Part shown: positions 25,322-30,659 of the stretch, one piece after another
Layout: each line of letters begins with the position of its first letter
Position numbering within the stretch: the first letter of the stretch is position 1
IMG/VR virus record: IMGVR_UViG_3300009566_000013
Coordinates: 1-30,659 of that record
Length of the DNA stretch: 30,659 bases
Origin: a virus
Taxonomy: Duplodnaviria; Caudoviricetes
Reading direction: 5' to 3' (one strand)
The notes under the pieces: generated by a model
Told to the model about the DNA's origin: nothing
Seen by the model: the letters and a program-made list of their open reading frames with translations, nothing else
Database searches by the model: none
Translations under genes and position numbers: made by a program

Positions 25322-26004
25322 ATAGAGTGACCGCCATTGTATCAGCCTACTACGCGGAGATGTACCTGGATGGGCGCATACAGAATTTACAATGCCAAAG
25401 CGAGAAGCCGGAAATCGTAGTGGTATGCCGCGATCACTCACCGGAATTTGACATAGCCCGCAAGTACGATGTAAAGGTGATCGTCACCAATAACATCCCG
25501 GGAATTTACGAGGCCTGGAATATCGGAGTGCAGGCGGCAAGCGGCAAGTATCTCACCAGTGCGAACTCTGATGACAGGCTCCTTCCAGGCGCATTGAAAC
25601 AGATGGCGGACGTGCTTGACAAGGAATCAACTTACGGCGTGGTATATGCCAATGTTGATATTGTGGATGAGATCGGCGCGGAGCCTGTTGGCACATACGA
25701 CTGGAAGGAGGGCGGATTCAAGGAATTGCAGCAGGCTTGTTTTTTGGGTCCGATGCCAATGTGGCGCAAGTCGCTCCATGCACGCTTTGGTAATTTCGAT
25801 GAAACACTTAAGGTAGCAGGGGATTATGACTTCTGGCTGCGTCTAGCTAAAGGCGGAGTCAAGTTTTACCACATTCGAGGGAACGCGCTGGGGCAATACT
25901 TGAATCGTGAAACGTCAGCCGAACACCGGGAGAGTTTACGCTCGTTGTGGGAGGCGAACAAAGTGAGGGGAAGATACCGGGAGGCGGCATGTATCAGTAT
26001 ATAG
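25318..26004 (+). CDS. GT2-family glycosyltransferase
   Basis: GIYEAWNIG..AASGKYL..ANSDD, WRKSLH..FG.FDE...AGDYDFWLR. Confidence 0.9.
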   Translation: MNRVTAIVSAYYAEMYLDGRIQNLQCQSEKPEIVVVCRDHSPEFDIARKYDVKVIVTNNIPGIYEAWNIGVQAASGKYLTSANSDDRLLPGALKQMADVLDKESTYGVVYANVDIVDEIGAEPVGTYDWKEGGFKELQQACFLGPMPMWRKSLHARFGNFDETLKVAGDYDFWLRLAKGGVKFYHIRGNALGQYLNRETSAEHRESLRSLWEANKVRGRYREAACISI

Positions 26005-26174
26005 GCGACAACGCTTTCCTTGACGGCGTACCGATGAGGGACTTGACCGACGAGGAAGCTAAGAAATACGGCTTAAAGGCAATAGTCCAATCCGGGCTAT
26101 ACAAAAAAGTAAGCATCGAAAAAGGCGAGGTGAAACATGGGATCGAAAGCATTACGCAAGATTCAGGTCGGTAG
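25989..26174 (+). CDS. Small hypothetical protein (MYQYIGDNAFLDGVPMRDLTDEE...)
   Basis: RBS GGGAGG before ATG 25989; immediately precedes the tail tube gene. Confidence 0.65.
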   Translation: MYQYIGDNAFLDGVPMRDLTDEEAKKYGLKAIVQSGLYKKVSIEKGEVKHGIESITQDSGR

Positions 26175-27126
26175 GGAAACCACAGCGGGCACTTCTGTTG
26201 CGGCAACCCTGAAATGGCGCGGGCTGGGAACGCTTGAAGACCAGCGGGAAGTGATCTTCCCCGACGAGGATGTTGGCTATCTCTCCGGCATTGACCGGGC
26301 CTACACCCCGAAACTGCTCGGAGCGTTGAGCATGGACTCCGTGCCTGCCACGTTTGAGCAACTACCAATCATCCTGAGCGCGGGCGTGAAGAACGTTGTC
26401 ACAGGCGCCACTGATACTGGCGGCAGCGGCAAGGTTTACACGTACACCTTCCCGACAACTTCAGCCAATACCATCACCACCTGGACGATCGAAGGCGGCG
26501 ACGATTCCGGCGAAGAGGAAATGGAATATTCTTTTGTCGAATCGTTCGAGTTATCTGGCAATGGTGGAGAAGTCCTGAATGTGTCGGCTAACTGGCTCGG
26601 ACGGCAAGTGACACCTTCCACATTTACCGGCTCGATCACTGCCCCGGCAACGGTGGAAGAGATACTATTCAGCAAAGGCAAGCTATATATTGATGCCACC
26701 ACCATCGGCACGACCCAGGTAACGAATACCCTGCTTGGTGCAAGCATGCAAGTTAACACCGGGTGGATTCCGAAGTACACCGCAGAAGGTAACCTGTACT
26801 TCTCATTCCCACAATCGACCAAGCCGGAAGTCCTGCTTAATGTGACGTTCGAGCATAATGCTTCATCCGTCTCCGAAAAGGCGGCATGGCGGGCCGGAAC
26901 CTCACGGCTGCTGCGCCTGCAATTCGCGGGTAACGCGCTGACAACCGCCGGCACATTTGCAACGAAATTGTTGCGCATTGACCTGGCTGGCAAGTGGGAA
27001 AAATTCGACAAGATAGGTGACATGAACGGTAACGATATTGTCACCGGCACATTCCGCGCAGGGTACAACGCCACGGCTGCCAAGTTTGCGGAAATTAAGG
27101 TGGTCAATGAAACAGCCAGTTATTGA
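26137..27126 (+). CDS. Major tail tube protein
   Basis: IQVGRETTAGT N-terminus, Thr/Ser/Gly-rich beta protein, upstream of chaperones and tape measure; RBS GAGGTG. Confidence 0.8.
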   Translation: MGSKALRKIQVGRETTAGTSVAATLKWRGLGTLEDQREVIFPDEDVGYLSGIDRAYTPKLLGALSMDSVPATFEQLPIILSAGVKNVVTGATDTGGSGKVYTYTFPTTSANTITTWTIEGGDDSGEEEMEYSFVESFELSGNGGEVLNVSANWLGRQVTPSTFTGSITAPATVEEILFSKGKLYIDATTIGTTQVTNTLLGASMQVNTGWIPKYTAEGNLYFSFPQSTKPEVLLNVTFEHNASSVSEKAAWRAGTSRLLRLQFAGNALTTAGTFATKLLRIDLAGKWEKFDKIGDMNGNDIVTGTFRAGYNATAAKFAEIKVVNETASY

Positions 27127-27364
27127 GTTTGACACTATCACCCAGGGACAGCTTGAAAAGTATTTCAAGGTATTTCGGGAATTGGGCGGAAAGGATGAAT
27201 CACTCGGATTGATCGAATACGCCGGGGTGATGGTCCGCGCCGCCGTCAATGTGGGCTGGCTGGAACTTGATGTTGACAACGCCAAACCGCATGACGTGTT
27301 AGAGTTGCAACGGTCGATACAGGAATATGTAAAGACCGTCATGGAATATGATGCAAAAAACTGA
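27107..27364 (+). CDS. Tail assembly chaperone (gpG-like)
   Basis: Lies between tail tube and tape measure; ends ...DAKN at a slippery heptamer; RBS AAGGTGG before ATG 27107. Confidence 0.75.
   Translation: MKQPVIEFDTITQGQLEKYFKVFRELGGKDESLGLIEYAGVMVRAAVNVGWLELDVDNAKPHDVLELQRSIQEYVKTVMEYDAKN
27355..27361 (+). promoter_or_regulatory. Programmed -1 ribosomal frameshift site A AAA AAC
   Basis: In-frame X XXY YYZ heptamer before TGA; the -1 frame reads into the 27367 ORF; stem GGCGGCG 27369-27375/CGCCGCC 27401-27407 starts 7 nt downstream. Confidence 0.8.
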
Positions 27365-27642
27365 TATTGGCGGCGGCGGATTATGCCGAAGGGAAGACCA
27401 CGCCGCCGGATGAGCTACGCCTCGCCTTTCGATGCCAGCAATGGGGAACGCTGCCATGCTCCGGCGGGTTACTCGACCAACCCGCCGGACTGGTGGACAG
27501 AATGACCATAGCGATAAATGTTTACGATGCATGGAAAGGATGGCTCGGACGTGAACCGGGAAAGGACGCAGAATTCGTGAAAGCGAATCCGGACGCGTGG
27601 AAAATCGTACAACATATCATAGAACTGAGGACACATGGCTGA
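27361..27642 (+). CDS. Tail assembly chaperone frameshift extension (gpT-like)
   Basis: No RBS of its own; C...G.LP..GGLLDQPA motif; reached by -1 frameshift. Confidence 0.75.
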   Translation: MILAAADYAEGKTTPPDELRLAFRCQQWGTLPCSGGLLDQPAGLVDRMTIAINVYDAWKGWLGREPGKDAEFVKANPDAWKIVQHIIELRTHG

Positions 27643-29449
27643 TTCAGAACTATCTATCCTCATAAAAGCGCGGAATGAAGCGAAGGCTGAATTTGACAAG
27701 CTGAATACGCAGGTCAAGGCGCTGCAAGGATCAACCGGCGGACTGAAAAACAAACTCGGCGGATTATCGCAGGGATTTGAGCAATTGGCCGGCATATCTC
27801 TTGGTACAGCTGGCGGTTTGGCATTGATAGGAACAGCAGCCAAAGAGGTATACAAGTTCCTAAAGGAAAGCGAACAGGCGGCGGTGGAGGCGGCGAAATC
27901 ACAGGCCGCGCTTGAAGCTGTATTGAGATCAACTGGGGGGGCGGTTGGAATATCAGTAGAGGCGCTTGACGAATATGCCACGGCGCTCAGCAGGGCAAGC
28001 GGGTTAGATGATGAACTCATAAAATCATCCGAAGCTATGATGCTCACCTTCACGCGCATATCTGGCAGCGAGTTCAAGGATGCCATGCAAGCGGCGACTG
28101 ACATGTCCGCCGTGCTGGGAACGGGGTTAAAAGAGTCAGTAATCCAGGTTGGAAAAGCCATGAATGACTTTTCAGGGTATACCGCGCTGAAGCGCGCCGG
28201 GGTATCCTTCACGCAAAGCCAGGTAGATCAGATCAACAAATTCAAAGAATCCAATGATCTGATAGGCTACCAGTCATTATTATTGTCGGAGTTACAAAAG
28301 GAATTCGGCGGAGCCGCGCAGGCGATCAATGACGCGGGTGATAAATCGGAAAATCTAAAGGTTGCGTTTGGAAACCTCAAAGAAGCGATAGGCGCCGGGC
28401 TGGTTCCTGCTACAAGAAACACAAATGAGCAGTTGACCAACTTTGTAAATAATACAGCAGATGCAATCAGCGAAACAGTCCAGTATAACAATATTTTGAA
28501 ACAGAATGGAATTATCTGGGTACAAAATCTCGGCTATGTAAAAGATGGTGTGCAGATCACCACGACTGAAGCCGACGCGATAGTAGATTCAACTATCGCA
28601 ATCCAGGCGCAAACTGACAGACTCACCGAGCAGGCGCGGGCATATTATAACGCTCACCCGGAACTTAAGAAATACATTGACGAAAACGGTATTTTACGTG
28701 AAAAGATTGAAGGCATTGCGAATGCCGAGGATGATGTTGCTGATTCCGCAAAGAATGCGAACTCCGCATTGAAGGGCGTTAATGAAACAGTAGGGCTATT
28801 GAATAACATTGATACAGGTTTTGGTACAAGAATCGAAACAGCGATAGAAAATATCAAGTTTGAAAAGCTGGGAGGAACGGAACTCCAAAACATATCAGAT
28901 AACATTATTGCCGCCATCGACACGGGGAAAATCGGCGGGACAATGGCGGATGCGTTGTTGAGTGGTGTATTTATCGGCTCACAAGCTATCGCGATAAAAT
29001 CAGGGGAAACATCGGCACAGGCAGCCAAGAAAATCATCGTGGAAACATTGGGAATGACCTGGGCGGAGGCGGACGCTGAACTAAAAAAATGGCTAAACAA
29101 ACAACGCGAGATGACAATCTGGCTAAATTATCTCATAAAAGTTGACGAATCTCATTACTCTTTCGATACGCCTTTGCCACCGCCAGGATATATCCCCCCA
29201 AGTGCTACCGGCGGACATCATAGCGGACGCACACTTGTGGGTGAGTTGGGACCCGAGATCATTGACCTACCGCCCGGCTCATGGGTACACTCAAACCGCA
29301 ATTCGCAGAGCGTGAGCATGGGTGGTGGTGGAGGAGGCGGCGTGGTGATCAATCTCAATTATGCCCCGGCCATGTCGCTCTCTGATCGGACTGAAGCAGA
29401 GACAAAACTCGTGCCGATATTGCGACGCGTACTGGCAGGGATAGCATGA
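27635..29449 (+). CDS. Tape measure protein (604 aa)
   Basis: ELSILIKARNEA N-terminus, Ala-rich helical body (ATDMSA, ALKRAGV, FGGAA), C-terminal ATGG...LVGELGPEI. Confidence 0.9.
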   Translation: MADSELSILIKARNEAKAEFDKLNTQVKALQGSTGGLKNKLGGLSQGFEQLAGISLGTAGGLALIGTAAKEVYKFLKESEQAAVEAAKSQAALEAVLRSTGGAVGISVEALDEYATALSRASGLDDELIKSSEAMMLTFTRISGSEFKDAMQAATDMSAVLGTGLKESVIQVGKAMNDFSGYTALKRAGVSFTQSQVDQINKFKESNDLIGYQSLLLSELQKEFGGAAQAINDAGDKSENLKVAFGNLKEAIGAGLVPATRNTNEQLTNFVNNTADAISETVQYNNILKQNGIIWVQNLGYVKDGVQITTTEADAIVDSTIAIQAQTDRLTEQARAYYNAHPELKKYIDENGILREKIEGIANAEDDVADSAKNANSALKGVNETVGLLNNIDTGFGTRIETAIENIKFEKLGGTELQNISDNIIAAIDTGKIGGTMADALLSGVFIGSQAIAIKSGETSAQAAKKIIVETLGMTWAEADAELKKWLNKQREMTIWLNYLIKVDESHYSFDTPLPPPGYIPPSATGGHHSGRTLVGELGPEIIDLPPGSWVHSNRNSQSVSMGGGGGGGVVINLNYAPAMSLSDRTEAETKLVPILRRVLAGIA

Positions 29450-30659
29450 CTCGTTACGGCGTTGATATTTACGGTAAGTGTAAATACGGCGTGGAGGGAA
29501 CCGGCACGACCCTGCTATGGGGATTAGATATTGCCTGGGAAACTGAAGGCGTGTACACCGGCACGAACTACGCGCAATACATGACAAGCTGCCAATGGTC
29601 AAGAGGACGCAGGCAATACCTGGAAAACGGCGGCAAGGGGATAGCCCTGCCAGAAGTCGGTCAACTCACATTCGAGCTTGACAACTCCAGCGGCATCTTT
29701 GACGTGACCAATCCCAGCAGCACGCTATACCCGAACGTGGAGCCCGGCAAGTACGCCAGGCTACGCGTGAGAGTTGGCGAGGCTGGCACGGCATATAACG
29801 TATTCAGCGGCATTATCTCGGACATACAGCCGGTATGGGGCGGAACGAACCCGAAGGTGAAGGTAACGGTAGAGGACGGATGGAGCATCCTCAACGCGCG
29901 GGAGATCAACCTGGAATACGCCGAGAATTGCACGTCAAGCGTGGCGATGGCGAACATCCTGAGCGCGGCGAACTACCCGGCATTGTGGGGAACATCCATT
30001 GCAAGGGGGAATTATCAGATACCGTATTTTACCAGCATAAAGAATAAGACCGCATCTCAGGTAATCAAAGACCTTATCAATTTCGAGTTTGGCACCGTGG
30101 CAGTTGCGGCGGACGGCAAGTTTATCTCCAAGCCGCAAGCAAGAATATCCATATCGGATTACACTATCGCCCAGGAACACATGCTGAAGGACGCGCAGAT
30201 AGCACAGAGTTACAACGGCATCCGCAATGCCGCGAAGGTGAACGTGTACTTGAAATGGGTGTATGGGCAGACCCCCATGGGAATTGACCCGAAGGTGATC
30301 TGGTCGCTTGACGAAATCCCGCAAGTGGCAAGTCATGAGCTGTATGAGGTGTGGGGCTATTATAAATACGCCGACCATGACGCTATTGCAGTTGATACCA
30401 TGACTGTAACCGCCACAACGGATTACACCATGAATGAAACTGCGGATGGCGGCGGTGAAGACAGGACGGGGCAATTCACCGTCACCGCAACCGATTATGG
30501 CGACAGGGTCAAATTCGAGGTATACAACGCAGGAACAACGGCGGCGTATATCACCCTGCTGCAGATCAGAGGTTATGGCTATTACACCCCTGATACCTCA
30601 TTCGTAGAAATTGACAACAGCACCACGACCAAGCGCACGGTGACGATTGACTCCCCATA
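29446..30659 (+). CDS. Tail tip / baseplate hub-like protein, 3'-truncated by the window
   Basis: Absent from the ORF track, consistent with having no stop in the window. ATGA overlap with the tape measure gene; the N-terminal part translated by hand reads MTRYGVDIYGKCKYG...SRGRRQ...GQLTFELDNSSGIFD..NPSSTLY. Confidence 0.75.
   Translation, partial: MTRYGVDIYGKCKYGVEGTGTTLLWGLDIAWETEGVYTGTNYAQYMTSCQWSRGRRQYLENGGKGIALPEVGQLTFELDNSSGIFDVTNPSSTLYPNVEPGKYARLRVRVGEAGTAYNVFSGIISDIQPVWGGTNPKVKVTVEDGWSILNAREINLEYAENCTSSVAMANILSAANYPALWGTSIARGNYQIPYFTSIKNKTASQVIKDLINFEFGTVAVAADGKFISKPQARISISDYTIAQEHMLKDAQIAQSYNGIRNAAKVNVYLKWVYGQTPMGIDPKVIWSLDEIPQVASHELYEVWGYYKYADHDAIAVDTMTVTATTDYTMNETADGGGEDRTGQFTVTATDYGDRVKFEVYNAGTTAAYITLLQIRGYGYYTPDTSFVEIDNSTTTKRTVTIDSP

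Noticed and set aside
26436-27107. 223-aa minus-strand ORF, and the other long antisense ORFs such as 27469-28212, 17597-18088 and 29935-30474
   Set aside because: They lie wholly opposite structural genes, show no motifs, and are typical shadows of codon bias.

Overview
This window is most of a tailed dsDNA phage genome (HK97-fold capsid, siphovirus-like non-contractile tail), and every credible gene is on the + strand. The order is: end of the late operon (GH25-SH3 endolysin, HNH endonuclease, two probable virion accessory proteins, membrane protein, metallophosphoesterase); a ~720 bp non-coding region; an early/replication module (RHH regulator, Bet/RecT-like annealase, replication initiator, RusA, sigma-region-4 regulator); an LL-H-type holin; terminase, portal, MuF-like protein, protease-capsid fusion and neck genes; a 5.3 kb modification cassette; then tail tube, frameshifting chaperones, tape measure and a tail-tip gene that runs off the window. 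No integrase, CI-like repressor, tRNA or CRISPR array is visible. The most notable items are: (1) the translationally coupled cassette inside the tail operon, encoding three GT2-like glycosyltransferases, an NDP-sugar nucleotidyltransferase, an FkbM-type methyltransferase, a Maf/DUF115-like transferase and two DNA methyltransferases, a candidate self-contained virion glycosylation system; (2) a back-to-back array of about 12 different short inverted repeats plus a candidate small RNA upstream of the early promoter; (3) AT-rich cores between conserved ends in the two DNA methyltransferases and a virion protein, which look swapped. Product calls come from motifs recognised by eye and no database searches were run.
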